From NCBI GenBank assembly GCA_017555825.1, contig JAFZFQ010000061.1, forward strand, positions 9,534 to 73,533: 64,000 nucleotides of DNA. The letters run 5' to 3'. The DNA comes from Bacteroidaceae bacterium. GTDB taxonomy: Bacteria > Bacteroidota > Bacteroidia > Bacteroidales > Barnesiellaceae_A. Under the pieces are notes generated by a model. It made no database searches, had not been told where the DNA came from, and saw only the letters and a list, made by a program, of their open reading frames with translations. Positions 1 to 11,815 of this stretch are shown piece by piece. Position 1 is the stretch's first letter. Each line of letters opens with the position of its first letter. Position numbers and translations under genes: made by a program.

Positions 1-3000
1 TTCCCTACATGACCGAGAAGGCAACATTTGTTATAAATGGTGCCGAGCGTGTCGTTGTATCGCAATTGCACCGTTCGCCCGGTGTGTTCTTCGGCCAAAG
101 TACTCACGCCAATGGTACTAAGCTTTACTCAGCTCGTATCATCCCCTTTAGAGGTTCTTGGATTGAGTTTGCTACTGACATCAACAATGTCATGTATGCC
201 TACATCGACCGTAAGAAGAAGTTACCCGTTACTACCTTGTTGCGTGCCATAGGTTTTGAGAGCGACCGTGACATCCTCGAGATTTTCAATCTTGCCGAGG
301 ATATGAAGGTTACCAAGACCAATCTCAAGAAAGCTGTGGGTCGCCGCATGGCTGCCCGTGTATTGCGCACTTGGGTAGAAGACTTTGTAGATGAAGATAC
401 CGGTGAGATTTCGTCAATCACTCGTAACGATGTTGTTATCGAGCGTGAGACGGTATTGACCGAAGAGCATATCGCTACTATCCTTGATAGTGGTGTACAA
501 AGCATTCTCTTGCACAAAGAAGATGCCAACACCAACGACTATGCTATCATCTTCAACACTTTGCAAAAGGATAGCAGCAACTCTGAAAAAGAGGCTGTCG
601 AATATATATATCATCAACTTCGCAACGCCGACCCTGCCGATGAGGCAAGTGCTCGTGAGGTGATTACCAACCTCTTCTTCTCGGAGAAGCGTTACGACTT
701 GGGCGAGGTAGGTCGCTATCGTATGAACAAGAAGCTCAACCTCACCATCGACCAAAACATCAAGGTACTTACCAAAGAAGATATCATTGAGATTATCAAG
801 TACCTTATCGAACTCATCAACTCGAAGACCGATGTCGACGATATCGACCACTTGAGCAACCGTCGCGTACGTACAGTAGGCGAGCAGTTGTACAACCAAT
901 TTGGTGTAGGTTTGGCTCGTATGGCTCGCACTATCCGCGAGCGCATGAATGTGCGCGACAACGAGGTGTTTACTCCCATCGACCTCATCAACGCCAAGAC
1001 TATTTCGTCGGTAATCAACAGTTTCTTCGGTACCAATGCCTTGTCGCAATTTATGGACCAAACCAACCCCCTTGCCGAGATGACACACAAGCGTCGTATG
1101 TCGGCCTTGGGTCCTGGTGGTCTCTCGCGCGAGCGTGCCGGCTTCGAGGTGCGTGACGTTCACTATACCCACTACGGTCGTCTCTGTCCTATTGAGACTC
1201 CCGAGGGTCCCAACATCGGTCTTATTTCGTCACTTTGTGTATATGCCAAGATCAACGACCTCGGCTTCATTGAGACTCCCTATCGCGTAGTAAAAGATGG
1301 TAAAGTAAATCTTGCCAACGACGAGATTGTTTACCTCACTGCCGAGGTAGAGGAGGGTAAAGTGATTGCACAAGGTAACGCACCCTTGAAAGATAATGGT
1401 GACTTTGTAAACAACCGTATCAAAGCTCGTCTCGATGCCGACTTCCCCTTGGCAACCCCCGACCAAGTAGAGCTTATGGACGTGTCGCCCACACAGATTG
1501 CCTCTATTGCCGCTTCATTGATTCCCTTCCTTGAGCACGACGACGCCAACCGTGCATTGATGGGATCTAACATGATGCGCCAGGCAGTTCCCTTGTTGCG
1601 TAGCGAGTCGCCCATCGTAGGTACAGGTCTCGAGGGTCAGCTCATTCGCGACTCACGTACACAAATCACTGCCGAGGGCGAGGGTGTAATCGAATATGTA
1701 GACGCTACTACTATCCGCATTCGCTACGACCGCACAGCCGACGAGGAGTTCACTTCGTTTGTTGATGCTGTTAAGGAATACAACATCCCCAAATTCCGCA
1801 AAACCAACCAAAGTACAACTATCGACTTGCGTCCTATCTGTAGAAAGGGCCAACGCGTAACCGAAGGTCAAATCCTCACTGAGGGTTACTCTACCGAAAA
1901 CGGCGAGTTGGCACTCGGTCGCAACCTCAAGGTGGCTTTCATGCCCTGGAAGGGTTACAACTACGAGGATGCTATCGTGCTCAACGAGCGTGTTGTACGC
2001 GAAGATATTCTCACCTCGGTACACGTAGACGAGTACATCCTCGAAGTACGTGAGACCAAGCGTGGTATGGAAGAGCTCACATCAGATATCCCCAACGTGA
2101 GTGAAGATGCTACCAAGGATCTCGACGAGAACGGTGTAATACGCATCGGTGCTCGTGTCAACCCCGGTGACATCATGATTGGTAAGATTACGCCCAAGGG
2201 CGAGTCGGACCCCTCACCCGAGGAGAAACTCTTGCGTGCTATCTTTGGCGACAAGGCTGGTGATGTGAAGGATGCTTCATTGAAAGCCACACCTTCGTTG
2301 AAGGGTGTAGTTATTGGCACCAACATCTTCTCGCGTGCCATGAAGAAGAAAAAATCGCGCTTGAGCGACAAAGCCAAGTTGCAACAACTCGAGGACGAGT
2401 ATGAGGTAAAGATGAACAAGGTAAAAGATATCTTGGTCGACAAGCTCCTCACTCTCACTGCCGGCAAGACATCGCAAGGTGTCAAAGACTTCTTGGGTGA
2501 CGATGTTATCTCTAAGGGTAGCAAGTTTACTGCCGCAGCCTTGAATAAGATAGACTATACAACTGTACAAGTGAGCAAGTGGACATCGGATGCTGCCAAG
2601 AACGACCTCATCCGCACCACTATCATCAACTACTTGCGCAAGTACAAAGAGCTCGATGCAGAGTTGCGCCGTCGCAAATTTGACGAGTCGGTAGGTGATG
2701 AGTTGCCCCAAGGTATTGTACAACTTGCCAAAGTATATATCGCGAAGAAACGCAAAATCAGCGTAGGTGATAAGATGGCGGGTCGTCACGGTAACAAGGG
2801 TATCGTATCGCGTATCGTACGTCAAGAAGATATGCCCTTCCTTGCCGACGGTACTCCTGTAGATATCGTATTGAACCCCCTCGGTGTGCCTTCGCGTATG
2901 AACTTGGGTCAGATTTTCGAGACAGTTCTCGGCTGGGCCGGTCAAGTATTGGGTGAGAAGTTTGCTACCCCCATCTTCGACGGTGCTTCGCTCGATGACT

Positions 3001-3440
3001 TGAACGAGTGGACCGACAAGGCAGGCCTTCCCCGCTACGGTAAGACCTACTTGTACGATGGTGGTACCGGCGATCGCTTTGACCAACCCGCTACTGTAGG
3101 TGTTATCTACATGCTCAAGTTGGGTCACATGGTCGAGGATAAGATGCACGCCCGTTCTATCGGTCCGTACTCACTCATTACTCAACAACCTCTCGGTGGT
3201 AAGGCTCAATTTGGTGGTCAACGTTTCGGAGAGATGGAGGTTTGGGCACTCGAAGCATTCGGTGCATCACACATCTTGCAAGAAATCCTCACTGTCAAGA
3301 GTGACGACGTTGTGGGCCGCTCGAAAGCCTACGAGGCAATCGTTAAGGGCGAGGCTATGCCCAACCCCGGTATCCCCGAATCGCTCAACGTGTTGTTGCA
3401 TGAGTTGCGTGGTCTCGGTCTCAGCATAACATTAGACTAA
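1..3440 (+). CDS. rpoB: DNA-directed RNA polymerase subunit beta, 5'-truncated by the window edge
   Basis: The reading frame is open back to base 1. RpoB hallmark segments are present: [58 protein letters not shown]. rpoC follows directly. Confidence 0.98.
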   Translation, partial: PYMTEKATFVINGAERVVVSQLHRSPGVFFGQSTHANGTKLYSARIIPFRGSWIEFATDINNVMYAYIDRKKKLPVTTLLRAIGFESDRDILEIFNLAEDMKVTKTNLKKAVGRRMAARVLRTWVEDFVDEDTGEISSITRNDVVIERETVLTEEHIATILDSGVQSILLHKEDANTNDYAIIFNTLQKDSSNSEKEAVEYIYHQLRNADPADEASAREVITNLFFSEKRYDLGEVGRYRMNKKLNLTIDQNIKVLTKEDIIEIIKYLIELINSKTDVDDIDHLSNRRVRTVGEQLYNQFGVGLARMARTIRERMNVRDNEVFTPIDLINAKTISSVINSFFGTNALSQFMDQTNPLAEMTHKRRMSALGPGGLSRERAGFEVRDVHYTHYGRLCPIETPEGPNIGLISSLCVYAKINDLGFIETPYRVVKDGKVNLANDEIVYLTAEVEEGKVIAQGNAPLKDNGDFVNNRIKARLDADFPLATPDQVELMDVSPTQIASIAASLIPFLEHDDANRALMGSNMMRQAVPLLRSESPIVGTGLEGQLIRDSRTQITAEGEGVIEYVDATTIRIRYDRTADEEFTSFVDAVKEYNIPKFRKTNQSTTIDLRPICRKGQRVTEGQILTEGYSTENGELALGRNLKVAFMPWKGYNYEDAIVLNERVVREDILTSVHVDEYILEVRETKRGMEELTSDIPNVSEDATKDLDENGVIRIGARVNPGDIMIGKITPKGESDPSPEEKLLRAIFGDKAGDVKDASLKATPSLKGVVIGTNIFSRAMKKKKSRLSDKAKLQQLEDEYEVKMNKVKDILVDKLLTLTAGKTSQGVKDFLGDDVISKGSKFTAAALNKIDYTTVQVSKWTSDAAKNDLIRTTIINYLRKYKELDAELRRRKFDESVGDELPQGIVQLAKVYIAKKRKISVGDKMAGRHGNKGIVSRIVRQEDMPFLADGTPVDIVLNPLGVPSRMNLGQIFETVLGWAGQVLGEKFATPIFDGASLDDLNEWTDKAGLPRYGKTYLYDGGTGDRFDQPATVGVIYMLKLGHMVEDKMHARSIGPYSLITQQPLGGKAQFGGQRFGEMEVWALEAFGASHILQEILTVKSDDVVGRSKAYEAIVKGEAMPNPGIPESLNVLLHELRGLGLSITLD

Positions 3441-3448
3441 TACAAATA

Positions 3449-3486
3449 TCTCTCTACTCTGCCCCGACGAGGGACAGAGTAGAGAT
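3449..3486 (+). promoter_or_regulatory. Intercistronic stem-loop between rpoB and rpoC
   Basis: Inverted repeat TCTCTACTCTGCCCC / GGGACAGAGTAGAGA with a short loop. It is followed by an A-run rather than a T-run, so it is not a canonical terminator. It could be an attenuator or a processing site. Confidence 0.35.
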
Positions 3487-3524
3487 AAAAATAAGAAATT
3501 CAACTCTTTAGTAAGAAGAAAAAT

Positions 3525-6500
3525 ATGGCTTTCAGAAGAGATAATAAAATAAAGAGTAACTTCTCGAAGATTACGATTGGTTTGGCATCTCCCGAAGAGA
3601 TACTCGAAAATTCGAGCGGTGAAGTACTGAAACCCGAAACCATCAACTATCGTACCTACAAGCCCGAGCGCGATGGTTTGTTCTGCGAGCGCATTTTCGG
3701 TCCTGTAAAGGACTATGAGTGCCATTGCGGTAAATACAAACGCATCCGTTACAAAGGCATCGTGTGCGACCGTTGCGGTGTGGAGGTGACAGAGAAGAAA
3801 GTGCGTCGCGAGCGCATGGGTCACATCCAACTCGTTGTGCCCGTAGCACACATCTGGTACTTCCGTTCATTGCCCAACAAGATTGGTTATTTGTTGGGTA
3901 TGCCCAGCAAGAAACTCGATGCTGTTATCTACTACGAGCGTTACGTGGTTGTACAACCCGGTCCCGTAGAAGAGTATCAAACCTACGACTTGCTCTCGGA
4001 AGAAGAATATTTGAAAGTAATGGAGGAGTTGCCCCGCGAGAACCAAATGCTCGACGACAGCGACCCCAACAAATTTATCGCCAAGATGGGTGCCGAGGCT
4101 ATCTACGACCTCTTGTCACGCATCGATTTGGACGGTCTCTCATACGAATTGCGCGACCGTGCCAGCAAAGATGGCTCACAACAACGCAAAACTGAGGCAT
4201 TGAAGCGTCTCCAAGTAGTAGAGTCGTTCCGTGCTTCAAAAGATCGCAACCGCCCCGAGTGGATGATACTCAAGGTTGTTCCTGTTATTCCCCCCGAGTT
4301 GCGTCCTTTGGTACCCCTCGATGGTGGCCGTTTTGCTACATCCGACCTCAACGACCTTTATCGTCGTGTTATTATACGTAACAACCGTCTCAAACGCCTC
4401 ATGGAGATCAAGGCTCCCGAGGTTATCTTGCGCAACGAGAAGCGTATGTTGCAAGAGGCTGTCGACTCATTGCTCGACAACTCTCGCAAGTCGAGCGCTG
4501 TGAAGACCGAGGCCAACCGCCCCTTGAAGTCACTCTCTGACAGCTTGAAGGGTAAGCAAGGTCGCTTCCGTCAAAACCTTCTCGGTAAACGTGTCGACTA
4601 TTCGGCTCGTTCGGTAATCGTCGTAGGTCCTGAGTTGAAGATGCACGAGTGTGGTCTTCCCAAGGATATGGCTGCCGAGTTGTACAAGCCGTTTGTAATA
4701 CGCAAGCTCATCGAGCGCGGTATTGTTAAGACTGTTAAATCGGCCAAGAAGATTGTAGACCGCAAGGGTCCCGAAGTATGGGATATTCTTGAGCACGTAA
4801 TGAAGGGTCACCCCGTATTGCTCAACCGTGCACCTACTCTTCACCGTTTGGGTATCCAAGCATTCCAACCCCGCATGATCGAGGGTAAGGCCATCCAACT
4901 TCACCCCCTCGCATGTACTGCGTTCAATGCCGACTTCGACGGTGACCAAATGGCTGTTCACTTGCCCCTTGGCAACGAGGCTATCCTCGAGGCACAAATG
5001 CTCATGTTGGGTGCTCACAACATCTTGAACCCCGCCAACGGTGCTCCTATCACCGTGCCTTCGCAAGACATGGTGCTCGGTCTTTACTATATTACTAAGC
5101 TCCGTCCCGGTACATTGGGCGAGGGTCTCAAGTTCTATGGTCCCGAAGAGGCCGAGATTGCATACAATGAAGGTAAGGTAGACTTGCACGCTCCCGTATC
5201 GGTTATCGTAGAAGATATTGATGCCGAAGGCAACCGCATTGAGCACTTGGTAGAAAACACCTCAGTGGGTCGTGTGCTTGTAAACCAATTTGTACCCAAA
5301 GAGATTGGTTATGTAAACGAGATATTGTCTAAGAAATCATTGCGCGACATCATCAGCCGTGTTATCAAGGTATGTGGTGTGACTCGCTCTGCTCAATTCC
5401 TCGACGATATCAAGAACCTCGGTTATTTGATGGCGTTCCGTGGTGGTCTGTCGTTCAACTTGGGCGACGTTATCATCCCCGCCGAGAAAGAGGCGCTCGT
5501 AAAAGAGGGTTATGCCGAGGTAGAGCAAATCATGGCCAACTATAGCATGGGTTTCATTACCAACAACGAACGCTATAACCAAATCATCGATACTTGGACT
5601 CACGTAAACTCGAACCTCTCAAATATCTTGATGAAACAATTGTCGAGCGACAACCAAGGTTTCAACTCGGTATATATGATGCTCGACTCGGGTGCTCGTG
5701 GTTCTAAAGACCAGATTCGTCAGCTCTCTGGTATGCGTGGTCTTATGGCTAAACCCCAAAAGGCCGGTGCCGAGGGTGGTCAAATTATCGAGAACCCCAT
5801 TTTGTCGAACTTTAAAGAGGGTCTTTCGGTGCTTGAGTACTTTATCTCAACCCACGGTGCTCGTAAGGGTCTTGCCGATACCGCTTTGAAGACTGCCGAC
5901 GCCGGTTACTTGACTCGTCGTCTTGTAGACGTGGCTCACGACGTGATTATCAACGAAGAGGACTGCGGTACATTGCGTGGTCTTGTATGCACCGAGGTGA
6001 AAGACAACGAAAACGTTGTTGCATCGCTCAGCGAGCGCATCTTGGGTCGCGTGTCGGTACACGACGTATTCCACCCCCTCACAGGCGAGTTGCTTGTGGC
6101 TTCGGGCGAAGAAATTACAGACGCTATCGCCAAGAAGATCGAAGACTCACCCATCGAGCGTGTTGAGATTCGTTCGGTACTCACTTGCGAGTCGAAGAAG
6201 GGTGTATGTGCCAAGTGTTATGGCCGCAACCTCTCTAACAACCGCATGGTACAAAAGGGTGAGGCTGTAGGTGTAATTGCTGCTCAATCAATTGGTGAGC
6301 CCGGTACTCAGCTTACTCTGCGTACATTCCACGTCGGTGGTGTCGCTTCGAATATTGCTGCTGTATCTAACGTTACATCTCGCTACGACGGTCTTCTCGA
6401 AATCGATGAGTTGCGTACTGTAGATTATCAAGATGAGAACAATAATAAATATCAAGTAGTTGTAGGTCGTCTTGCCGAGATGCGCATTGTCGATCCCAAT

Positions 6501-7793
6501 ACCAAGATGGTACTTACAACCGCCAATATACCCTACGGCTCTAAGCTCTACTTCAACCCCGGCGATGCCGTGAAGAAGGGCGATATGATATGCGAATGGG
6601 ACCCCTTCAACGCTGTTATCGTATCAGAGGCTACCGGTAAGGTTGTCTTTGAGAACGTTGAGGAAGGTCTTACCTACCGCGTTGAGAGCGACGAAACAAC
6701 AGGTTTGCGCGAGAAGATTGTCACTGAGTCGAAAGACCGTACTCGCGTACCCTCTGCTTCAATCGTTGACGAGACAGGCGAGGTATTGCGCACATACTCA
6801 TTGCCCGTGGGTGCTCACTTGATGGTAGAAGAGGGCAACTTCATGCGTGCCGGTGAAATCTTCGTTAAGATACCTCGCGCACAAGGTAAGGCTGGTGATA
6901 TCACCGGTGGTTTGCCTCGTGTTACCGAGTTGTTCGAGGCCCGTAACCCCTCTAACCCCGCAATCGTATCTGAAATCGATGGTGAGATACACTTTGGCAA
7001 GATCAAGCGTGGTAATCGCGAAATCTCGGTTGAGTCTAAGACCGGCGAGATCAAGAAATACCTCGTACCCCTGTCAAAACAAATCCTCGTACAAGAGAAC
7101 GACTATGTACGTGCCGGTACTCCTCTCTCTGATGGAGCTATCACTCCCTCTGACATCTTGGCAATCAAGGGTCCCACAGCCGTACAAGAGTATATTGTAA
7201 ACGAGGTACAAGACGTATACCGCATGCAAGGTGTGAAGATCAACGACAAGCACTTTGAGGTAATCGTTCGTCAAATGATGCGTAAGGTTAATATCCTCGA
7301 TCCGGGTGATACTCGCTTCCTTGAGCAACAAATCGTTGACAAACGCGAGTTTATGGACGAGAACGATCGTATCTGGGGCAAGAAAGTCGTGGTTGATGCC
7401 GGCGACTCTCAAAACCTCCGTGCCGGTCAGATTGTTACCGCACGTCGTTTGCGCGATGAGAACTCTTCATTGAAGCGTCGTGACTTGCGCACTGTAGAGG
7501 TACGCGATGCCATCCCCGCTACATCGGAGCAAATCTTGCAAGGTATCACACGTGCTGCATTGCAAACATCGAGCTTCATGTCGGCAGCTTCGTTCCAAGA
7601 GACTACCAAGGTGCTCAACGAGGCAGCTATTGTGGGCAAGGTAGATACCCTCGAGGGTATGAAGGAGAACGTTATTTGCGGTCACCTCATCCCTGCCGGT
7701 ACAGGTTTGCGCGAGTATGATCGCCTCATTGTTGGCTCGAAAGAGGACTTTGAGCGTAGCATGGCCAACCGTAAGGCTGTTACCGATATCTAA
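3525..7793 (+). CDS. rpoC: DNA-directed RNA polymerase subunit beta'
   Basis: 1422 aa. Contains the zinc-ribbon [20 protein letters not shown] and the catalytic [12 protein letters not shown] motif. Syntenic with rpoB. Confidence 0.98.
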   Translation: MAFRRDNKIKSNFSKITIGLASPEEILENSSGEVLKPETINYRTYKPERDGLFCERIFGPVKDYECHCGKYKRIRYKGIVCDRCGVEVTEKKVRRERMGHIQLVVPVAHIWYFRSLPNKIGYLLGMPSKKLDAVIYYERYVVVQPGPVEEYQTYDLLSEEEYLKVMEELPRENQMLDDSDPNKFIAKMGAEAIYDLLSRIDLDGLSYELRDRASKDGSQQRKTEALKRLQVVESFRASKDRNRPEWMILKVVPVIPPELRPLVPLDGGRFATSDLNDLYRRVIIRNNRLKRLMEIKAPEVILRNEKRMLQEAVDSLLDNSRKSSAVKTEANRPLKSLSDSLKGKQGRFRQNLLGKRVDYSARSVIVVGPELKMHECGLPKDMAAELYKPFVIRKLIERGIVKTVKSAKKIVDRKGPEVWDILEHVMKGHPVLLNRAPTLHRLGIQAFQPRMIEGKAIQLHPLACTAFNADFDGDQMAVHLPLGNEAILEAQMLMLGAHNILNPANGAPITVPSQDMVLGLYYITKLRPGTLGEGLKFYGPEEAEIAYNEGKVDLHAPVSVIVEDIDAEGNRIEHLVENTSVGRVLVNQFVPKEIGYVNEILSKKSLRDIISRVIKVCGVTRSAQFLDDIKNLGYLMAFRGGLSFNLGDVIIPAEKEALVKEGYAEVEQIMANYSMGFITNNERYNQIIDTWTHVNSNLSNILMKQLSSDNQGFNSVYMMLDSGARGSKDQIRQLSGMRGLMAKPQKAGAEGGQIIENPILSNFKEGLSVLEYFISTHGARKGLADTALKTADAGYLTRRLVDVAHDVIINEEDCGTLRGLVCTEVKDNENVVASLSERILGRVSVHDVFHPLTGELLVASGEEITDAIAKKIEDSPIERVEIRSVLTCESKKGVCAKCYGRNLSNNRMVQKGEAVGVIAAQSIGEPGTQLTLRTFHVGGVASNIAAVSNVTSRYDGLLEIDELRTVDYQDENNNKYQVVVGRLAEMRIVDPNTKMVLTTANIPYGSKLYFNPGDAVKKGDMICEWDPFNAVIVSEATGKVVFENVEEGLTYRVESDETTGLREKIVTESKDRTRVPSASIVDETGEVLRTYSLPVGAHLMVEEGNFMRAGEIFVKIPRAQGKAGDITGGLPRVTELFEARNPSNPAIVSEIDGEIHFGKIKRGNREISVESKTGEIKKYLVPLSKQILVQENDYVRAGTPLSDGAITPSDILAIKGPTAVQEYIVNEVQDVYRMQGVKINDKHFEVIVRQMMRKVNILDPGDTRFLEQQIVDKREFMDENDRIWGKKVVVDAGDSQNLRAGQIVTARRLRDENSSLKRRDLRTVEVRDAIPATSEQILQGITRAALQTSSFMSAASFQETTKVLNEAAIVGKVDTLEGMKENVICGHLIPAGTGLREYDRLIVGSKEDFERSMANRKAVTDI

Positions 7794-7817
7794 TAGCTAT
7801 CATTTAAGCTCTATACC

Positions 7818-7855
7818 GAGGTCGCGTCTGTTTTATGATGCGACCTCTTTTTTTA
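7818..7855 (+). terminator. Rho-independent terminator after rpoC
   Basis: Stem GAGGTCGC (7818-7825) pairs with GCGACCTC (7840-7847), followed by a T-run at 7848-7855. Confidence 0.75.
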
Positions 7856-7875
7856 TTCGCATATCTATTGCAATA

Positions 7876-8078
7876 CGCACTGTGCGATTGTGAAAAATAA
7901 ATCGAAAATATCTCGGTATACTTGATATTTCTTGCCCGCTGTGAAAAATATTCAAGCAAGCTTGATATTTCTCGCTCGCTTATTTGTATATTTGAGATAA
8001 ATCTCCAATATACTTTCGCTCGCTGTAAAAAATATTCAAGCAAGCTTGATATTTCTCGCTCGCTTATTTGTATATTTG
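7876..8078 (+). repeat. Tandem array of an ~84-bp promoter-like repeat (array 1): two good units plus degenerate upstream remnants
   Basis: The motif AATATTCAAGCAAGCTTGATATTTCTCGCTCGCTTATTTGTATATTTG recurs with an 84-bp period (ATATTCAAGC at 7948 and 8032). TATATTTG boxes lie at 7987-7994 and 8071-8078. A decayed copy is visible around 7876-7920. Confidence 0.9.
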
Positions 8079-8137
8079 TAGCACGTGATGTAAAAGTATT
8101 GCGATAAATAAAATCAAAACTAAATATTGTATTTGCT

Positions 8138-9781
8138 ATGGCAACAAAACCCTTTAAGTATCAACCTATGTTCCCCAACGTCAAACCCGACGAAACAGAG
8201 TACTATCTCTTGACCAAGGAACATGTAAAAGTGACAGAATGTAATGGACGTGAAATTCTCGAAGTAGAGCCCGAGGCTCTCACCAAGTTGGCTAATGCTG
8301 CTATGCGCGATGTGTCGTTCATGATGCGTCGTGAGCACAACGAAATGGTAGCTAAGGTTCTTCACGATCCCGAAGCAAGTGATAACGACAAGTTTGTTGC
8401 CCTCACCATGTTGCGCAATGCCGAGGTGGCTTGTAAGGGTGTGTTACCCTTCTGTCAAGATACCGGTACTGCTATCGTAATGGGTAAGAAGGGCCAACAA
8501 GTGTGGACCGGTGGAGGCGACGAAGAGGCTCTCTCGTTGGGCGTATACAAGACATACACCGAGGAGAACCTTCGTTACTCTCAAAATGCTCCCCTCAACA
8601 TGTATGATGAGGTGAACACCGGCTGCAACCTTCCTGCTCAAATAGACCTCTTTGCTGTAGATGGCAACGAGTACAACTTCTTGTTTATTGCCAAGGGTGG
8701 TGGCTCGGCCAACAAGACCTATCTCTACCAAGAGACCAAGGCTCTCATCAACCCCAAGACTCTTGTACCCTTCCTTGTTGAGAAGATGAAGACTTTGGGT
8801 ACTGCAGCTTGTCCTCCCTATCACGTAGCATTCGTAATTGGTGGTACAAGTGCCGAGACCAACCTCAAGACTGTGAAATTGGCCTCTGCTAAGTATTACG
8901 ATCGTCTCCCCACCGAGGGCAACGAGTGGGGTCAAGCATTCCGCGACGTAGAGTTGGAGAAAGAGGTATTGGCTGCAGCTCAAGCATCGGGCTATGGTGC
9001 GCAATTTGGCGGTAAATACTTTGCACACGACATCCGCATCATACGTCTTCCCCGTCACGGTGCTTCTTGCCCCGTAGGTATGGGCGTATCTTGCTCGGCC
9101 GACCGCAATATCAAGGCTAAGATTAATAAAGACGGTCTCTGGATTGAGAAACTCGACGACCAACCCTCAACTCTCATTCCCGAGGAGTTGCGTCAAGCCG
9201 GTGAAGGCAATGCTGTGCGCATCGACCTCAACCGTCCCATGAGCGAAATTCTTGCCGAGCTCACTAAGTATCCCGTAGCAACACGTCTCTCGTTGAATGG
9301 TACTATCATCGTGGGTCGCGACATTGCACACGCCAAGATCAAAGAGCGTCTTGATGCCGGTGAGCCCATGCCCGAATACCTCAAAAATCACCCCATCTAC
9401 TACGCAGGCCCTGCAAAGACTCCCGCAGGCATGGCATCGGGCTCATTTGGCCCCACAACAGCCGGTCGTATGGACTCGTATGTAGACCTCTTCCAAGCCA
9501 ATGGTGGCTCGATGGTGATGATTGCCAAGGGTAATCGTAGCCAACAAGTTACCGATGCTTGTCAAAAACATGGTGGTTTCTACCTTGGTAGCATCGGAGG
9601 ACCTGCTGCAATTTTGGCTCAAAACAGCATTAAGAAAGTTGAGTGCGTAGAGTATCCCGAACTCGGTATGGAGGCTATCTGGAAAATCGAAGTTGAAGAC
9701 TTCCCCGCATTTATCCTCGTCGACGACAAGGGCAACGACTTCTTCAAGCAAATCAAGCCCGCTTGTCCCGGTAAGTGTTGA
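8138..9781 (+). CDS. Class I (Fe-S type) fumarate hydratase
   Basis: 547 aa. Motifs [15 protein letters not shown] and [15 protein letters not shown] are typical of FumA/FumB-type hydro-lyases, with the N- and C-terminal domains fused. Confidence 0.9.
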   Translation: MATKPFKYQPMFPNVKPDETEYYLLTKEHVKVTECNGREILEVEPEALTKLANAAMRDVSFMMRREHNEMVAKVLHDPEASDNDKFVALTMLRNAEVACKGVLPFCQDTGTAIVMGKKGQQVWTGGGDEEALSLGVYKTYTEENLRYSQNAPLNMYDEVNTGCNLPAQIDLFAVDGNEYNFLFIAKGGGSANKTYLYQETKALINPKTLVPFLVEKMKTLGTAACPPYHVAFVIGGTSAETNLKTVKLASAKYYDRLPTEGNEWGQAFRDVELEKEVLAAAQASGYGAQFGGKYFAHDIRIIRLPRHGASCPVGMGVSCSADRNIKAKINKDGLWIEKLDDQPSTLIPEELRQAGEGNAVRIDLNRPMSEILAELTKYPVATRLSLNGTIIVGRDIAHAKIKERLDAGEPMPEYLKNHPIYYAGPAKTPAGMASGSFGPTTAGRMDSYVDLFQANGGSMVMIAKGNRSQQVTDACQKHGGFYLGSIGGPAAILAQNSIKKVECVEYPELGMEAIWKIEVEDFPAFILVDDKGNDFFKQIKPACPGKC

Positions 9782-9806
9782 TAAATTTCGGATAATATCA
9801 ATATCA

Positions 9807-9842
9807 ATGCACCCAGGCCTTGTGCCGAGGGTGCATTTTTTA
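9807..9842 (+). terminator. Rho-independent terminator after fumarate hydratase
   Basis: Stem ATGCACCC (9807-9814) pairs with GGGTGCAT (9829-9836), followed by TTTTTT. Confidence 0.7.
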
Positions 9843-9906
9843 TTGCTATTGAGTGTTTTTTTACTTATATAACGACAAATTGGTTCTGTTTTTGCATAGG
9901 ATTGTG

Positions 9907-9914
9907 TACATTTG
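9907..9914 (+). promoter_or_regulatory. Bacteroidota -7 promoter box (TAcaTTTG)
   Basis: Matches the TAnnTTTG consensus, about 30 nt upstream of the 9945 start. Confidence 0.45.
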
Positions 9915-9944
9915 CACTATTGATGTCGCTTGTCGAAGTAGACA

Positions 9945-10556
9945 GTGGCGAGTAGAATATTAAAAAAACGACCGCGAGTGAACACCGACAGAGTTCTTGT
10001 AAAAGTATTGGGTATAACCTATAGCCATCTACAGCAGGGGGCCTATGTGTTGTTGCTTGCCGAAGAGGCAGGTAGCCGTCGCATCCCTATAGTGGTGGGC
10101 ACAGCCGAGGCGCAGTCGATAGCCATTCGTATGGAAAATCTTCAACCTCCTCGTCCCATGACACACGACCTCATTGTTGCCATAGCAGAGCGCTATGCCT
10201 TGCAGGTAAAGGAGGTAAACATTTATCGTTTCGACAAGGGTATATTTTACTCAACGCTTACAATCGATAGGGGAGAGCATACCGAAGTCATAGATTCGCG
10301 CACGTCTGACGCTATAGCTGTGGCTTTGCGTACAAATGCTCCTATATACATGGCACAGTCGGTAATCGATGTGGCCGGTTTTGAGGCTTCGCAACTTGAA
10401 AAGAGCACTGAAGATACTAATCAGGCATCGGCTCAAGGAGATAACTATGAGTCGATGAGTGACACCGAGTTGCAACAGCGCATAGAGCATGCTGTGGCTG
10501 TAGAGGCCTATGAAGAGGCTGCTATGATACAGCAAATACTGCAAAAAAGAAAATAA
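9945..10556 (+). CDS. Bifunctional nuclease family protein (DUF151/BFN domain with a C-terminal UVR-like helix)
   Basis: Contains RRIPIVVGTAEAQSIA and RPMTHDL segments, and an acidic tail ending in YEEAAMIQQILQKRK. The start is a GTG and is uncertain; no in-frame ATG lies near the 5' end. Confidence 0.7.
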   Translation: MASRILKKRPRVNTDRVLVKVLGITYSHLQQGAYVLLLAEEAGSRRIPIVVGTAEAQSIAIRMENLQPPRPMTHDLIVAIAERYALQVKEVNIYRFDKGIFYSTLTIDRGEHTEVIDSRTSDAIAVALRTNAPIYMAQSVIDVAGFEASQLEKSTEDTNQASAQGDNYESMSDTELQQRIEHAVAVEAYEEAAMIQQILQKRK

Positions 10557-10578
10557 TAAATCTATAAATAATTCTCGT

Positions 10579-11805
10579 ATGAAAAACATTAAGTTTCGTC
10601 TCATTGTGATGAACTTCCTGCAATATGGCGTGTGGGGAGCATGGCTCATATCATTGGGTGCATATCTGGGTGGCAGTTTGCAATTTACAGGTTTGCAAAT
10701 TGGTAGTTTCTTTGCCACCATGGGTATTTCTTCGCTTTTTATGCCTGCGTTGATGGGCGTAGTGGCCGACCGTTGGATACCGGCTCAACGTTTACAAGGA
10801 GTCTTGCACTTATTGAGCGCTGCATGTATGATTTTTGCCGCCGGCCAAACCGAGTATACATCACTCTATACCGCCGTTTTGCTTGCTGTTATTTTCTATA
10901 TGCCCACTATTTCTATGTCTAATACTGTAGCATATAATGCCCTTGCCAAGAGTGGGTTGGATACGATAAAGGACTATCCGCCTATACGTGTGTGGGGTAC
11001 AGTAGGCTTTATATGCTCGATGATTGCAGTAGACCTTCTTGGCTTTGCCCAAAGTGCCAACCAACTCTATTTCTCGGCTGCGATAGGTGTCGTATTGGGT
11101 CTCTATTCGTTTACATTGCCTCAATGCGAGGTGAGCAAAAAAGCGCCGGAGGGTAATTGGGTTGATGCCTTGGGCTTGCGTGCCTTTGCCTTGTTCAAGG
11201 AGAAACGCATGGCCATATTTTTTATCTTCTCGGTCTTCTTGGGCGTATCGTTGCAGATTACCAACGCCTTTGCCAATGGTTATTTGACCAACTACTTTGG
11301 CGGTATTGCCGAGTATGCCGGTACATTTGGTGTAGAGCATGCCAATATACTCATCTCGCTCTCTCAATTGAGTGAGACCCTCTGTATCTTGCTTATTCCC
11401 TTCTTCTTGAAACGCTATGGTATCAAGAACGTAATGCTCATCAGTATGTTGGCCTGGACATTGCGCTTTGCCCTCTTGGGACTTGGCGACCCCGGTTCGG
11501 GTGTGTGGATGCTCATCTTGTCTATGATTGTATATGGTGTAGCGTTCGACTTCTTCAATATCTCGGGTTCTCTCTATGTCGAGAAGGAGACTACTCCCGC
11601 CATTCGTGCAAGTGCCCAAGGTGTATTTATGATGATGACCAATGGTCTTGGTGCCACAATAGGTTCGTATGCAGCCGGTAGAGTTGTTGATATGTATGGT
11701 TGGCCCAACTCATGGTTTATCTTTGCAGCGTATGCCTTGGTAGTGGCATTCTTGTTTGCCCTTATATTCCGTTATAAGCATAACCCCGACGAAGTGAAAG
11801 CGTAA
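10579..11805 (+). CDS. nupG: Nucleoside:H+ symporter (NupG/XapB-family MFS permease)
   Basis: 408 aa polytopic membrane protein. The N-terminus (FLQYGVWGAWLISLGAYL ... FMPALMGVVADRW) closely parallels E. coli NupG (FLQFCLWGSWLTTLGSYM ... FMPALLGIVADKW). Confidence 0.8.
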   Translation: MKNIKFRLIVMNFLQYGVWGAWLISLGAYLGGSLQFTGLQIGSFFATMGISSLFMPALMGVVADRWIPAQRLQGVLHLLSAACMIFAAGQTEYTSLYTAVLLAVIFYMPTISMSNTVAYNALAKSGLDTIKDYPPIRVWGTVGFICSMIAVDLLGFAQSANQLYFSAAIGVVLGLYSFTLPQCEVSKKAPEGNWVDALGLRAFALFKEKRMAIFFIFSVFLGVSLQITNAFANGYLTNYFGGIAEYAGTFGVEHANILISLSQLSETLCILLIPFFLKRYGIKNVMLISMLAWTLRFALLGLGDPGSGVWMLILSMIVYGVAFDFFNISGSLYVEKETTPAIRASAQGVFMMMTNGLGATIGSYAAGRVVDMYGWPNSWFIFAAYALVVAFLFALIFRYKHNPDEVKA

Positions 11806-11815
11806 CAGAACAACT

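Noticed and set aside
7804-8107. ORFs 7804..8043 (-, 79 aa) and 7922..8107 (+, 61 aa) in the rpoC-fumarate hydratase spacer
   Set aside because: Both lie entirely within the 84-bp tandem repeat. Their products are internally repetitive artefacts of the repeat (for example, SKLDISRSLICIF occurs twice). Neither has a credible start context.
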